The notes under the pieces were generated by a model. That model did no database searches and had not been told where the DNA came from. It saw nothing but the letters and a program-made list of their open reading frames with translations. Positions 18,037 to 28,720 of a stretch of 64,000 bases of DNA are shown piece after piece (position 1 is the first letter of the stretch; each line of letters opens with the position of its first letter). The stretch is from Candidatus Latescibacterota bacterium. Its GTDB lineage: Bacteria > Latescibacterota > UBA2968 > GCA-2709665. The stretch lies in NCBI GenBank assembly GCA_965219995.1, contig CBDCOX010000002.1, positions 2,112,001 through 2,176,000 of the forward strand, in the 5' to 3' direction. The translations under genes were made by a program, and so were the position numbers.

Positions 18037-19497
18037 ATGCCCGCGCTCGATCCCTGTCCGCTATTCATCAACGGGGAATGGGTCCTGCCCTCCGGGACGG
18101 CAACCGAACCGGTCTATAACCCCTCGGAAGGCACGATCATCTCCGCAACGCCCATGTGCGGCGCCGATGAAGTAGACCGCGCCGTCAGCGCCGCGAGTGC
18201 CGCGTTTCCGTCCTGGGCCGAAACCCCCGCCGTTGATCGCGCCCGCCTCATGTTTCGCTTCAAGGAACTCCTGGAAAAACACTTCGAGGAACTTTCACGG
18301 ATCGTCACCCGCGAACACGGCAAGACACTCGACGAGTCCCGGGGGTCCGTCCGGCGCGGGATCGAAGTCGTGGAATTCGCCTGCGGGGCGCCATCTCTGC
18401 TGATGGGCGAGGCCCTGGAAAACATCGCGCCCGGTATCGACTGCGACACGATCCGGCAGCCGCTCGGCGTCTGCGCGGCCGTCACGCCGTTCAACTTCCC
18501 GATCATGGTGCCGCTGTGGACCCTGCCCGTCGCGCTCGTGTGCGGAAATACCTTCGTACTCAAACCCTCCGAGAAGGTGCCGCTCAGCGCGATTCGAATG
18601 GTGGAACTCCTCGAAGAAGCAGGTCTTCCCCGGGGCGTTCTCAACCTGGTCCATGGCGGGCGTGATGCCGTGGATGCCCTGCTGCATCATCCGGACGTGC
18701 GCACCGTGTCCTTCGTCGGTTCCACGCCCGTGGCCAGATATATCTACCAGACCGCGACCCGAAACGGCAAGCGGGTGCAGTCCGCGGGAGGCGCCAAGAA
18801 CTATATGGTCGTCCTTCCCGACGCCGAACCGGATGCCACGATCGATGCCGTCTTGGGATCCGCGTACGGGTGCGCCGGGGAGAGGTGCATGGCGGGCAGC
18901 GTGCTCGTATGCGCGCACGATGCGGCAAAGCGGTTTCTGCCCAGGCTGAACGACGCGGCGCGCAATTTGCGCGTGGGTCCTACAGACAGGGACACCGACG
19001 CGGAGATGGGGCCGCTGGTTACCGCCCAACATCTCGAAAGCGTACGAGGCTCTATCTGGACCGGCATTTCCGAGGGCGCTGAACTGATCGTAGACGGACG
19101 CGACGTGGTCGTCAACGACTGTCCCGGCGGTTTCTATCTGGGGCCGACCATCTTCGACCACGTACAGCCAGGGATGCAGATTGCCAGGGAGGAGATCTTC
19201 GGCCCGGTGCTGTCGGTGATGCACACGGACGACCTGGATGGCGCCATCGAGACCTGCAATAACAGCGGTTACGGCAATGCCGCCGTGCTCTTTACCGGGA
19301 GCGGAGGCGCCGCGCGCACGTTCCGTCACCGCATCAACGCCGGTATGGTGGGTATCAATACCGGCGTTCCGGCGCCCATGGCCTTCTTTCCCTTCTCCGG
19401 CTGGAACAACTCCTTCTTCGGCGATCTGCACGTCCAGGGTCACGAAGGCGTCTCCTTCTTTACACGCCAGAAAGTCACCATCAGCCGCTGGGGATGA
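18037..19497 (+). CDS. mmsA: CoA-acylating methylmalonate/malonate-semialdehyde dehydrogenase
   Basis: TPFNFP, LKPSEKVP, FVGST, GGAKN, AGERCMA, EEIFGPV, PFSGW. Confidence 0.9.
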   Translation: MPALDPCPLFINGEWVLPSGTATEPVYNPSEGTIISATPMCGADEVDRAVSAASAAFPSWAETPAVDRARLMFRFKELLEKHFEELSRIVTREHGKTLDESRGSVRRGIEVVEFACGAPSLLMGEALENIAPGIDCDTIRQPLGVCAAVTPFNFPIMVPLWTLPVALVCGNTFVLKPSEKVPLSAIRMVELLEEAGLPRGVLNLVHGGRDAVDALLHHPDVRTVSFVGSTPVARYIYQTATRNGKRVQSAGGAKNYMVVLPDAEPDATIDAVLGSAYGCAGERCMAGSVLVCAHDAAKRFLPRLNDAARNLRVGPTDRDTDAEMGPLVTAQHLESVRGSIWTGISEGAELIVDGRDVVVNDCPGGFYLGPTIFDHVQPGMQIAREEIFGPVLSVMHTDDLDGAIETCNNSGYGNAAVLFTGSGGAARTFRHRINAGMVGINTGVPAPMAFFPFSGWNNSFFGDLHVQGHEGVSFFTRQKVTISRWG

Positions 19498-19500
19498 CCG

Positions 19501-20571
19501 TTGAACAAACGCCTGCAGAAAATCTTCCGCGACGTCCTCTCTCTTCCCACGGCGCCTTTTTACGAAGACGCCGTTGCCGCATTCATACGGTCCTTCGCCA
19601 GGCGCCGCCGGATCCCGACCCGGACGGACAGGTACGGGAATATCGTCCTTCACTATCAGCGTGGCGATCATCCGGAACCCGTCGCCCTTACCGCCCATAT
19701 GGACCACCCCGGGTGCGAGATCGTCGACGCCGATGGCCTGAACCTCACCGCCCGCTGGCTGGGGGCGTGCGACCCCCGCCATTTTCCCGGCGGGCGCGTC
19801 ACCATGGTCTCAGGCGGCGACGAGATATCCGGCAAAGCGGTGTCCCCACTGGGCGACGACAAGGTCTTTTCATTGCGCGCCGCACGCCCGCTTCCGGACC
19901 CCGAGGGCGCGTACGGCTACTGGCGGCTCAGGCCGGTTGCGTTCGACGGCGACGCCATCCGGACCAAGGGCGCGGACAACCTGGCAAGCTGCGCTGCCAT
20001 TCTGGCCGTGATGGACAGGCTGCGACGGGAGAAAGCACACGCCGACCTTCTGGGCGTTTTCACGCGCGCCGAGGAAGTTGGCCTGCTCGGCGCGGGCGGT
20101 ATCGTGCGTGCACGGACCGTCCCCAGACGGGTACCGATGATCGTGCTCGAGACCAGCAAGGCCCTTCCCGGCGCCGAAATCGGCGGCGGCCCGGTCATCC
20201 GTGTGGGCGATGCGATGAGCGTATTCGATCCAAGGATCGAATACGCCATACACAGCACCGCGCGAGACCTAGGAAAGACAAAGCGGAGTTTCAGATTCCA
20301 GCGCCAGCTGATGAGCGGCGGGGTCTGTGAAGCCACCCTGTACGTCCTGTACAATATGGTTGTCGGGGCCCTCGCCTTCCCCCTGGGCAACTACCACAAC
20401 ATGGGCCGGCGCTGGCCGGCGGAGGAGGTTATTTCCGTGTCCGACGCCGTCCACATGGTCGACCTCTGCCATGCGCTGGCCATCGACCCACCCGTCGGAG
20501 AGACAAGAGACCCTATGAAGAAACGCTTTTCCGACTCGTTCAAATCCAGGGGAAGACGCCTGCTCTCGTAG
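19501..20571 (+). CDS. M20/M28/M42-like metallopeptidase
   Basis: AHMDH, ADNLASC, FTRAEEVG, late NYH; TTG start 3 nt after the mmsA stop. Confidence 0.8.
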   Translation: MNKRLQKIFRDVLSLPTAPFYEDAVAAFIRSFARRRRIPTRTDRYGNIVLHYQRGDHPEPVALTAHMDHPGCEIVDADGLNLTARWLGACDPRHFPGGRVTMVSGGDEISGKAVSPLGDDKVFSLRAARPLPDPEGAYGYWRLRPVAFDGDAIRTKGADNLASCAAILAVMDRLRREKAHADLLGVFTRAEEVGLLGAGGIVRARTVPRRVPMIVLETSKALPGAEIGGGPVIRVGDAMSVFDPRIEYAIHSTARDLGKTKRSFRFQRQLMSGGVCEATLYVLYNMVVGALAFPLGNYHNMGRRWPAEEVISVSDAVHMVDLCHALAIDPPVGETRDPMKKRFSDSFKSRGRRLLS

Positions 20572-20617
20572 CCGGTGTCTCCACCCGCAGACAGCCTGAC
20601 CGCGGTCCTTCGAAACC

Positions 20618-21883
20618 ATGCAATCCTACCTGCAAACCCTGCGGCTGTTCAACCGCGACGTCCGGCTGTATCTCGCCGCAACGATCCTCTTCGGTTTCAG
20701 CCTTTTCGGAGGCATTACCTCCCTGCTGCTCAACCTGTACCTGCTTCGTCTCGGATACGGACCCACCTTCGTCGGGTGGGTAAACGCCACCGGTGCGTTC
20801 TCCTTTGCAATTTTCAGTCTGCCGGCCGGGTTCATGGGGGCCCGGTGGGATCCGCGGGTTGTCATGATCGCGGGAATCGGCATCGCCATTGTTGGCAACG
20901 GGCTTCTTTCTCAAGCCGAACTCGTCTCCGCCGGCGCCCGGGACGCGTTCGTACTGGCCACCAACGCGCTGGGACTGCTGGGTGTCGCCCTCTACATCGT
21001 CAACGGCGCCCCGTACCTGATGGGCGTTACCGGATCGCGGGAACGCAACCACGTCTTCTCCATGCAGGGTGCCCTCTTTCCACTCGCCGGCTTCTTCGGA
21101 AGTCTCGTGGGCGGCATCCTCCCCGGCCGGATCGCCTGGCTGATGAACCTCGCACCTTACAACCCCGCACCTTTCCGCTACACGCTGCTCGCCGCGTCCG
21201 CCCTGCTCATTCCGGCTCTGTTCCTCCTCGTCGCCATGCAAAAACCCGAGATCCGGCGGCCGCGTGAAAGCGTGGAAGCATCCGATGCGCCGTTTCCGCT
21301 GGGGCTCATCGCACTGGTCGCCCTCACTTCGCTTCTGCACGTTGCCGGAGAGGGCGCCGTTCGTACTTTCTTCAATGTCTACCTGGACGCCGGGCTGCGC
21401 GTTCCCACCTCTCTGATCGGCACGATCATGGCCACCGGGCAGCTACTCGCCGTGCCGGCCGCACTGATGCTGCCGTTCTTCACGAGACGCTTCGGCAATC
21501 AGCCCACGGTCGTACTGGCTGCCCTCTGTACCCCCCTTATGTTGATTCCAATGGCCTTTATCCCGCATTGGGTTCCGGCAGGGTTCTGTTTCATGAACAT
21601 TGTGGCTCTGGCCGCCATCCGGCGCCCGGCCTTCGTCGTTTACAACCAGGAGATCGTGTCCCCGCGCTGGCGCGCGACCATGTCCGGCGCTTCCTCGATG
21701 ATGGCGGGCATCGGCTATTCCGTGATCGCGATGGGCGGCGGCTACATCATCTCCACCGCGGGGTACCGCGCTCTGTTCCTTACCAGCGCGGCATTTACCG
21801 CACTCGGCACGCTTGTTTTCTGGGTTTATTTCCGTACGCCACGGGGCGAATTCGCCCGGCAGCCATCAAAAGACCCTTCCTGA
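20618..21883 (+). CDS. MFS transporter
   Basis: 421 aa, about 12 hydrophobic segments. Confidence 0.88.
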   Translation: MQSYLQTLRLFNRDVRLYLAATILFGFSLFGGITSLLLNLYLLRLGYGPTFVGWVNATGAFSFAIFSLPAGFMGARWDPRVVMIAGIGIAIVGNGLLSQAELVSAGARDAFVLATNALGLLGVALYIVNGAPYLMGVTGSRERNHVFSMQGALFPLAGFFGSLVGGILPGRIAWLMNLAPYNPAPFRYTLLAASALLIPALFLLVAMQKPEIRRPRESVEASDAPFPLGLIALVALTSLLHVAGEGAVRTFFNVYLDAGLRVPTSLIGTIMATGQLLAVPAALMLPFFTRRFGNQPTVVLAALCTPLMLIPMAFIPHWVPAGFCFMNIVALAAIRRPAFVVYNQEIVSPRWRATMSGASSMMAGIGYSVIAMGGGYIISTAGYRALFLTSAAFTALGTLVFWVYFRTPRGEFARQPSKDPS

Positions 21884-21895
21884 AGGAGACCCCCA

Positions 21896-22789
21896 ATGGA
21901 ATACCGAACCCTCGGAAAGACCGGACTGCGCGTTTCGGAAATCGGCTACGGCGCCGCGCAGGTCGGCAATATGAACCTGTCCGAAACCCTCGTGGACCGC
22001 GCCCTCAACGCGGTTCTGGACGCGGGCATCAATTTCATAGACACGGCCGCCATGTATGGCGTGAGCGAAGAGCGAATCGGGAGGTATATCTCTCATCGGC
22101 AGGACGAATTCATCCTGGCCACGAAATGCGGCGACTACGTAGGGGAGTCCGGTGGCGAACGCCGCATCGTGCGGGACTACAGCCGGGAAGGTATCCTGCG
22201 TACGATCGACGAGAGTCGAAAGAAGCTGAACATGGACGTGATCGATATCGTTCAGTTTCACGGGTTGCCCGATCCGGACGACGACGATGAGGTGGCCTTC
22301 GAGGCCCTTCTGGACGCCAGGGAAAGAGGCTGGACCCGCTTTGTGGGCGTGTCGGCGGACGGACCGTCGGCCGCGGCGGCGGCGCTGCGCTGGCCTCTGG
22401 ACACCCAGGAATTCACCTACAACATCCTCTACCAGGAATCCGCACGGGATCTCATGCCGACGTTGAAGGCACAACGGATGGGCACCATCATCAAGCGACC
22501 CATCTCCAATGCCGTGTGGCAACTGAACGAACGTCCCGAAGGCGACTATATGGGCGGACCCTGGGACCGGGCGCAATCCATACCTCTGGCCGACCTTGCG
22601 GGCGGGATGCCCATCCTCGAATTCGTACTGCGTTTCACGCTTTCGCATCCGGACGTCTGCACCGCCATCATCGGCTCCACCAGTCCCGACCATATTCGCG
22701 CCAACGTCGACGTCTCCGACGGACGCGAACTGTCCGACGACGTCGTGCGGGAAGCCAGAGCGGCGTTTCTGGCGCAGTTCGGTGAATGA
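21896..22789 (+). CDS. Aldo/keto reductase
   Basis: RTLGKTGLRVSEIGYG, GINFIDTAAMYGVSEE, LATKCG; AAGGAG RBS. Confidence 0.93.
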   Translation: MEYRTLGKTGLRVSEIGYGAAQVGNMNLSETLVDRALNAVLDAGINFIDTAAMYGVSEERIGRYISHRQDEFILATKCGDYVGESGGERRIVRDYSREGILRTIDESRKKLNMDVIDIVQFHGLPDPDDDDEVAFEALLDARERGWTRFVGVSADGPSAAAAALRWPLDTQEFTYNILYQESARDLMPTLKAQRMGTIIKRPISNAVWQLNERPEGDYMGGPWDRAQSIPLADLAGGMPILEFVLRFTLSHPDVCTAIIGSTSPDHIRANVDVSDGRELSDDVVREARAAFLAQFGE

Positions 22790-22847
22790 CGAGGCGAGAA
22801 GAGAGAACGCAAGAGGGTGCGCTTCACCGAAAAGAGACAAGGGCTAC

Positions 22848-22876
22848 GAGACATTTCTCGTAACCCCTTGTTTTTT
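22848..22876. terminator. Intrinsic terminator between AKR and tRNA
   Basis: CAAGGGCTACGAG-ACATTT-CTCGTAACCCCTTG followed by TTTTTT. Confidence 0.7.
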
Positions 22877-22877
22877 A

Positions 22878-22954
22878 TGGTCGGGGAGGCGGGATTCGAA
22901 CCCGCGACCCCCTGCTCCCAAAGCAGGTGCTCTGCCGGACTGAGCCACTCCCCG
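22878..22954 (-). tRNA. tRNA-Pro (anticodon TGG)
   Basis: CGGGGAG acceptor stem, CCTGC-TTTGGGA-GCAGG anticodon arm, GGTTCGAATCC T-loop, encoded CCA; 77 nt. Confidence 0.97.
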
Positions 22955-23250
22955 TCCAATCGTGCCAGGTCAGGATATCTGTTCGGAATATCCATAAAAC
23001 CGCTGTTTCGAGCAAGAAAAAAGGTGGAGTGGATGCACAGGTTCTTGCCATCGACGACAAATCTGGAGGCACGCACGACAGATGAAGACCGGTCAACCGC
23101 AATCCTCATCGAATCTGTAACGCAAGGTCCACAGTGCCCCCGTTTCCAGCCTCCATTGATTTCCCTTGCCGCTTCCGAACCGGCAAGGTAATTTGAACTG
23201 CGGATCGCTTCGACCCGTTTCGTATCCCCTTTTCAATCCCTTCTTCGCCT

Positions 23251-24384
23251 ATGCCCGACAAACCGGTACTCATCATCGACGGCCATCTGGACATGGCCTT
23301 CAACGCGCTCTTCTACCGGCGCGACCTCACGCAACCGGTGCACGTGCTTCGCGAACGCGAGGACGTCGTCCGCGCGGGCCTTTCGACCCATAAGGACTCA
23401 CTGGAGAGACGCGCGGGCCTGAAGGACAAGCACTACACGGTCACGGTCACGCTGCCTGAAATGCGCGAGGGTCACGTGGGCATCATGCTGTCGACGATCA
23501 TGGCCCGAGTTCAGGCCCCCTCCATCGACTCGCACAACTCGGTCCGCGCGCAGTCGGTCGCCTACGCCAGGGGTCAGAGCCACCTCCACTACTACAACGC
23601 CCTGGCCCGCCGGGGCGAAATCACGTTCATCAAAGACGCCGGCGACCTGGATGCCTGCGTATCATCCTGGGAGCATCCGACGGACACCACGCCGATCGGA
23701 CTGATTCTCACCGCCGAGAGCGCCGACCCCATCCTGGGACCCGACCAGGTCGCAGAATGGTGGGACGCCGGTCTGCGGTCCGTGTCGCTTACCCACTTCG
23801 GCGCGAATACATACGGCCACGGCACAGGCACCGTCGGCGGCCTCTATCCCCCGGCCTACCCCCTGATGGACGCTTTCAAAGACGCGGGTATGGTGATTGA
23901 CCTCACCCATGCGTCGGACCTCAGCTTCTGGCAGATCCTGGACTACTGGGAAGGCCCGGTCCACGCCAGTCACTGCAACTGCCGCGCGCTGGTTCCGGGA
24001 CAGCGTCACCTCAGCGACGATATGATCCGCGCCATCGTGGAACGCGGCGGCGTCATCGGCATGGTCTTTGCCGAACAGATGCTCAGCCCCGCCTGGGACT
24101 GGGACGATCCGTCGACCCACTACGCCACTGCAACCCGGCCGATGAAGGCCGTTGTCGAACATATCGACCACATCTGCCAGTTGACGGGCAACAGCAAACA
24201 CGTGGCGATCGGCACGGACCTGGACGGAGGATTCGGGCTGGAACTCTCACCCACGGACTACAACACGATCGTCGACCTCCAGCGGTTCCCCGGCATCCTG
24301 GAAGCGCATGGGTACAACGCCGAGGACGTCGACAACATCTGTCACGGGAACCTGATCAGGTTTTTCAAAGCCGCGTGGACCTGA
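23251..24384 (+). CDS. Membrane dipeptidase family (M19) metallohydrolase
   Basis: IIDGHLD, ESAD, IDLTH, ASHCN, IGTDLDGG. Confidence 0.9.
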   Translation: MPDKPVLIIDGHLDMAFNALFYRRDLTQPVHVLREREDVVRAGLSTHKDSLERRAGLKDKHYTVTVTLPEMREGHVGIMLSTIMARVQAPSIDSHNSVRAQSVAYARGQSHLHYYNALARRGEITFIKDAGDLDACVSSWEHPTDTTPIGLILTAESADPILGPDQVAEWWDAGLRSVSLTHFGANTYGHGTGTVGGLYPPAYPLMDAFKDAGMVIDLTHASDLSFWQILDYWEGPVHASHCNCRALVPGQRHLSDDMIRAIVERGGVIGMVFAEQMLSPAWDWDDPSTHYATATRPMKAVVEHIDHICQLTGNSKHVAIGTDLDGGFGLELSPTDYNTIVDLQRFPGILEAHGYNAEDVDNICHGNLIRFFKAAWT

Positions 24385-24437
24385 CGATAACGTCCCGTCT
24401 CACCTCACCGCAGGGATGATCTTTCCATAGGGATCGA

Positions 24438-25520
24438 ATGTCGGACATTCCGTATCTCATCGCAGACAGCCACCTGGATCTCGGTTTCAGCGCCATTCAG
24501 GTCAATCGTGACCTCACACAGCCGGCCGCGACCGTACGCGTCCACGACGCCGAGCCCGTGATGCGCAGCTTCGGAAGCTGTACCGTCACCTTTCCGGAAC
24601 TTCGCCGGGGCAACGTCGGCATCATCTTCGGCACCATGATGTCCCGTACCGACCCCAACGACCGCTGGACACGCACGGGCATGTACTGCCAGGACCAGTG
24701 CCACGGCGTGGGACGGGGCCACCTGGCCTACTACCAGGCGATGGAGCGCGAAGGCGTGATTCGCTTCATCCGCAATTCGCGGGACCTGGACGAAACGGTG
24801 GCCGCGTGGGAGAACCCGGCCCCCGATACGCCAATCGGCCTGGTAGTGGCCATGGAAAGCGCCGACCCCATCCTGGACCCGTCCCAGGTCCCCGAATGGT
24901 ACGATCTCGGGCTCCGAATCGTGAGCATTTCCCACTACGGCGTCAGTTCCTACTGCCACGGAACGGGCACCGAGGGCGGCCTGCTGGAACGCGGCAAACC
25001 CCTGCTCGCCGCCCTGAAGGAAGCGGGGATTATCGTTGATCTGACCCACACCACTGACCAGGCCTTCTGGGAAATCCTGGACGTCTACGACGGTCCCGTG
25101 GCCGCTTCTCACCACAACTGCCGCGCCCTCACCCCCGGACAGCGCCAGCTCACCGACGCCATGATCGGCGCCATCATCCAACGAGGCGGCGTGATAGGCG
25201 CTGCATTCGATGCCTGGATGCTGGATCCGGACTGGAACCGCGACATCCCATGTTGGGCGCAGAACACAAAGGCCACCCTCGAAACCGTAGCCAATCACAT
25301 CGACCACGTCTGTCAACTCGCCGGCAACGCACGGCACGCCGGCATCGGCACCGATCTGGACGGCGGATTCGGACAGGAACAGTCCCCTCGGGACCTCAAC
25401 ACCATCGCCGACCTTCAGAACCTGGTCGGCATCCTCCAGCGCCGTGGCTACAGGGAACCCGACGTTCGCAACATCCTCTCCGGCAACTGGGTCCGATTCC
25501 TCAAGGAAGTCTGGGGATAG
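24438..25520 (+). CDS. Membrane dipeptidase family (M19), tandem paralog
   Basis: IADSHLD, ESAD, VDLTH, ASHHN, IGTDLDGG. Confidence 0.9.
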   Translation: MSDIPYLIADSHLDLGFSAIQVNRDLTQPAATVRVHDAEPVMRSFGSCTVTFPELRRGNVGIIFGTMMSRTDPNDRWTRTGMYCQDQCHGVGRGHLAYYQAMEREGVIRFIRNSRDLDETVAAWENPAPDTPIGLVVAMESADPILDPSQVPEWYDLGLRIVSISHYGVSSYCHGTGTEGGLLERGKPLLAALKEAGIIVDLTHTTDQAFWEILDVYDGPVAASHHNCRALTPGQRQLTDAMIGAIIQRGGVIGAAFDAWMLDPDWNRDIPCWAQNTKATLETVANHIDHVCQLAGNARHAGIGTDLDGGFGQEQSPRDLNTIADLQNLVGILQRRGYREPDVRNILSGNWVRFLKEVWG

Positions 25521-25554
25521 GCGATCCACAACGGAACACGCAGACCTGAGCACT

Positions 25555-27024
25555 ATGTCTCCCAGACCCAATCTGCTTCTCATTACAACCGACCAGCAGC
25601 GCGGCGACTGCCTTGGATGCGACGGGCATCCGGTGCTGGAAACGCCCTACCTGGATGAACTGGCCGAGGGCGGCGCGCGATTCGATCACGCCTACACCTC
25701 CGTGCCTTCATGCACCCCCGCCCGCGCCGGTATCCTCACGGGCATGGACCAGTGGAACCACGGCCGTCTCACGATGACCGGCGCCGACCCGCTCGAGTAT
25801 CCGGCCACACTGCCCGGCGAACTCGCTCACGGGGGCTACCATACCCAGGCCGTGGGCAAAATGCATTTCCATCCCCAGCGCAGACTCTACGGTTTCCACC
25901 ATATGGTCCTGGACGAGAGCGGGCGACGACTTGGCAACTTCATCAGCGACTATCACGTTTTCTTTGAGAAACACAAAGAGGGCGAATACGGCTACCGCGA
26001 CCACAGCGTGGACTGGAACTCCTGGATGGCCCGCCCGTCGCACCTGCCCGAACACCTGCATCCCACACACTGGACGGCATCCGAAGGCATCAGGTTCCTG
26101 GAAAACCGGGACCCGACCAAACCCTTCTTTCTCTGGTTGTCTTTCGCTCGCCCGCATTCCCCGTACGACGCGCCGCAGACTTACTACGACATGTACATTG
26201 ACAACCCGCGCATTCCCGAAGCGGCCGCGGGAGCGTGGTCGGCCCGGTACGACCGGCAGATCGCGGATGTGAACGCCCCGCGCACACGCCGCACCGCCGC
26301 CGAGACCCATCGTGCGCGAGCGGCCTATTACGGCAACATTACCTTCATCGACCATCAGATCGGCCGTGTCCTGCACGAACTGCGCCGGCGCGACCCAAAG
26401 GCAGCGGCCAACACCCTGATCCTGTTCACGTCGGACCACGGCGACATGATGGGCGATCATCACCACTGGCGAAAAACCTACGCGTATGAAGGCTCCGCCC
26501 GAATCCCCTTCATCCTCAAATACCCGGACACCTGGGAAATTCACCGCAACGCGACGCTGGGCCAGCCGGTGGAACTGCGAGACGTTATGCCCACGTTCCT
26601 CGATGCCGCGGGCGTCTCCGTCCCCGAATCCGTAGACGGCCGCAGCCTGTTGAATCTCTCACGGGGCGACAGCGAACGCTGGCGGGAGTTCGTTCAGGGC
26701 GAACACACCACCTGTTACGACAGAGAACACGGTATGCAGTACGTAACCGACGGCCGGGAAAAGTACATCTGGTTCCATCATACCGGGGCCGAGCAGTTCT
26801 TCGACCTGGAAACCGACCCACTGGAGTGCATTGACCTCGCGGCCGATGCCGATCGGCAATCACGCATCGACGACTGGCGGGGACGCCTGGCCGAAGTCAA
26901 CGAAACGCGCGGCGACCCGCGGGGCCGGAACGGCGAACTCGTGCCCCAGCCCGGCGGCGCGTTGTCGCTTTCTCCCAACTACGAGAAATGGAAACAACGG
27001 GCGGAAGCGCTGGATGGCGAATAG
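25555..27024 (+). CDS. Cys-type arylsulfatase
   Basis: RPNLLLITTDQQR, CTPARAGILTG, GKMH, TSDHG. Confidence 0.92.
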   Translation: MSPRPNLLLITTDQQRGDCLGCDGHPVLETPYLDELAEGGARFDHAYTSVPSCTPARAGILTGMDQWNHGRLTMTGADPLEYPATLPGELAHGGYHTQAVGKMHFHPQRRLYGFHHMVLDESGRRLGNFISDYHVFFEKHKEGEYGYRDHSVDWNSWMARPSHLPEHLHPTHWTASEGIRFLENRDPTKPFFLWLSFARPHSPYDAPQTYYDMYIDNPRIPEAAAGAWSARYDRQIADVNAPRTRRTAAETHRARAAYYGNITFIDHQIGRVLHELRRRDPKAAANTLILFTSDHGDMMGDHHHWRKTYAYEGSARIPFILKYPDTWEIHRNATLGQPVELRDVMPTFLDAAGVSVPESVDGRSLLNLSRGDSERWREFVQGEHTTCYDREHGMQYVTDGREKYIWFHHTGAEQFFDLETDPLECIDLAADADRQSRIDDWRGRLAEVNETRGDPRGRNGELVPQPGGALSLSPNYEKWKQRAEALDGE

Positions 27025-27086
27025 AAAAAAACGGCCGGTTCGACGACCAATCCACGACTTGCATACGGGCGAAACGAGAAGATCCC

Positions 27087-28127
27087 ATGGAACAGGAAGA
27101 CGGATTCAACCTGTCTCCCTCGGTACATCACCGGCATCTGATGGACACCCTCGAACCGTCGATGTCGTATCGCGGCGAGGATTTCGAGACCTGGCGGAAA
27201 CCGCTTCGGAGAATGGTCCGGCAACTCGTCGGCGACATGCCGGAGGAACGGGCGCCTCTGAATGTGCGCTCCCTCTGGAAGCGCGAACACCCTCTGGGGC
27301 ATATCGAAAAGATCGTATTCGCCGGTGAGCCCTACGCAGACGTTCCGGCGTACGTGTGTCTTCCAAACGGTGTGGAACCTCCCTATACCTTCTTCATCTG
27401 CGTTCAGGGCCACTCTACGGGCATGCACAACTCCATCGCCGTGGCCCGGGACGACAACAGGGAGCCGATCGAGGTCCCCGGTGACAGGGACTTCGGCCTC
27501 GGGTGTATGAGGCGCGGCATCGCCGCCCTGTGCATCGAGCAGCGTTCGTTCGGAGAGAGGCGGGAGCTTGTCCAGCGGAAGATTTCCACCCACGGGTGTC
27601 ACGACGCCACGATGCACGCGCTGATGCTCGGCCGCACCCTTCTGGGCGAGCGCGTCTACGACGTGGACAGAGGGATTGACTACCTGTTCTCGCGGGGCGA
27701 CGCGCATCCGGAACGCATCGGCGTCATGGGCAATTCCGGCGGCGGGACCGTTAGCCTTTTTTCCGCGGCCTTGCTGCCACGAATCTCGTACGCCATGCCT
27801 TCCTGTTACTTCTGCACGTTCCGGGACTCCATCATGTCCATTTATCATTGTGCGGACAACTACGTGCCGGGCCTTCTCAAGTACGCTGAAATGCCGGACG
27901 TAATGGGGTTGTTCGCCCCAAATCCGGTCGTACTCGTAGCAGGTAGGGACGACGGGATCTTCCCTGTCGCGGGCGTACGGAAAGCCTTCGACCATCTCAA
28001 GACCATCTACGCGGCGGCCGGCGCGCCCCACCGCTGCCACCTGGTGATTGGGAACGGAGGGCACCGGTTCTATGCCGAGGAGGCATGGCCGGTAATGCTC
28101 GAGGAAGTTGCGAGGGACGCCAGATAG
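27087..28127 (+). CDS. Alpha/beta hydrolase (acetyl xylan esterase/dienelactone hydrolase-like)
   Basis: Nucleophile elbow GNSGGG, GRDD, GGHRF. Confidence 0.88.
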   Translation: MEQEDGFNLSPSVHHRHLMDTLEPSMSYRGEDFETWRKPLRRMVRQLVGDMPEERAPLNVRSLWKREHPLGHIEKIVFAGEPYADVPAYVCLPNGVEPPYTFFICVQGHSTGMHNSIAVARDDNREPIEVPGDRDFGLGCMRRGIAALCIEQRSFGERRELVQRKISTHGCHDATMHALMLGRTLLGERVYDVDRGIDYLFSRGDAHPERIGVMGNSGGGTVSLFSAALLPRISYAMPSCYFCTFRDSIMSIYHCADNYVPGLLKYAEMPDVMGLFAPNPVVLVAGRDDGIFPVAGVRKAFDHLKTIYAAAGAPHRCHLVIGNGGHRFYAEEAWPVMLEEVARDAR

Positions 28128-28178
28128 GTAAATAAAAGGCGCGGGGCCCGCCGCGCGCCATTATTGTACGAGGAGATC

Positions 28179-28652
28179 ATGCCTGTGAAATACTGGCTGA
28201 TGAAGTGCGAACTCAACGAATGCAGCTTCGACGACCTGAAGCACAACCGGCCCGACAGCACGGGAAAGTGGCGCGGCGTGCGCAACTATCAGGCGCGAAA
28301 TTTCATCCGTGACGACATGCGGACGGGCGACGTCGTCCTGTTCTACCAGTCCAACTGCGACGAACCCGGTATCGCCGGCCTTGCTGAGATCGTTCGGGCG
28401 GCCTATCCCGACCCCTCGGCCTTCGACCCGGAAAGCAACTATTACGACGACAAGTCCACGCCTGACGATCCCCGATGGTTCTCGGTGGACGTGAAATGGA
28501 AAAAGGCCTTCGAGACGTACGTACATCTCAAAGACCTTAAGGCGAACCCCAAACTGGAAAAAATGCTTGTTGTTCGCAGGGGTCAGCGGCTGTCCATCCA
28601 GCCCGTCAAGAAAAGAGAGTTCGACATCGTCTGTGAAATGGGCGGGATCTGA
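28179..28652 (+). CDS. EVE domain protein
   Basis: YWLMKCE, WRGVRNYQARN, RLSIQPV; AGGAG RBS. Confidence 0.93.
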   Translation: MPVKYWLMKCELNECSFDDLKHNRPDSTGKWRGVRNYQARNFIRDDMRTGDVVLFYQSNCDEPGIAGLAEIVRAAYPDPSAFDPESNYYDDKSTPDDPRWFSVDVKWKKAFETYVHLKDLKANPKLEKMLVVRRGQRLSIQPVKKREFDIVCEMGGI

Positions 28653-28720
28653 TCCTCCGTACCCCCTGTTGTTTAATCCGCCTGCCCGTCCGCGCAACCC
28701 GTTTACACGACACAATCCGA

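Noticed and set aside
22878-22954. tRNA-Pro as an integration site
   Set aside because: No duplicated 3' end noticed and no adjacent integrase; a terminator follows directly
28179-28652. EVE protein as part of a modification-dependent restriction system or partner of the rhodanese
   Set aside because: Stand-alone EVE domain, no nuclease fused or adjacent, and convergent with the rhodanese
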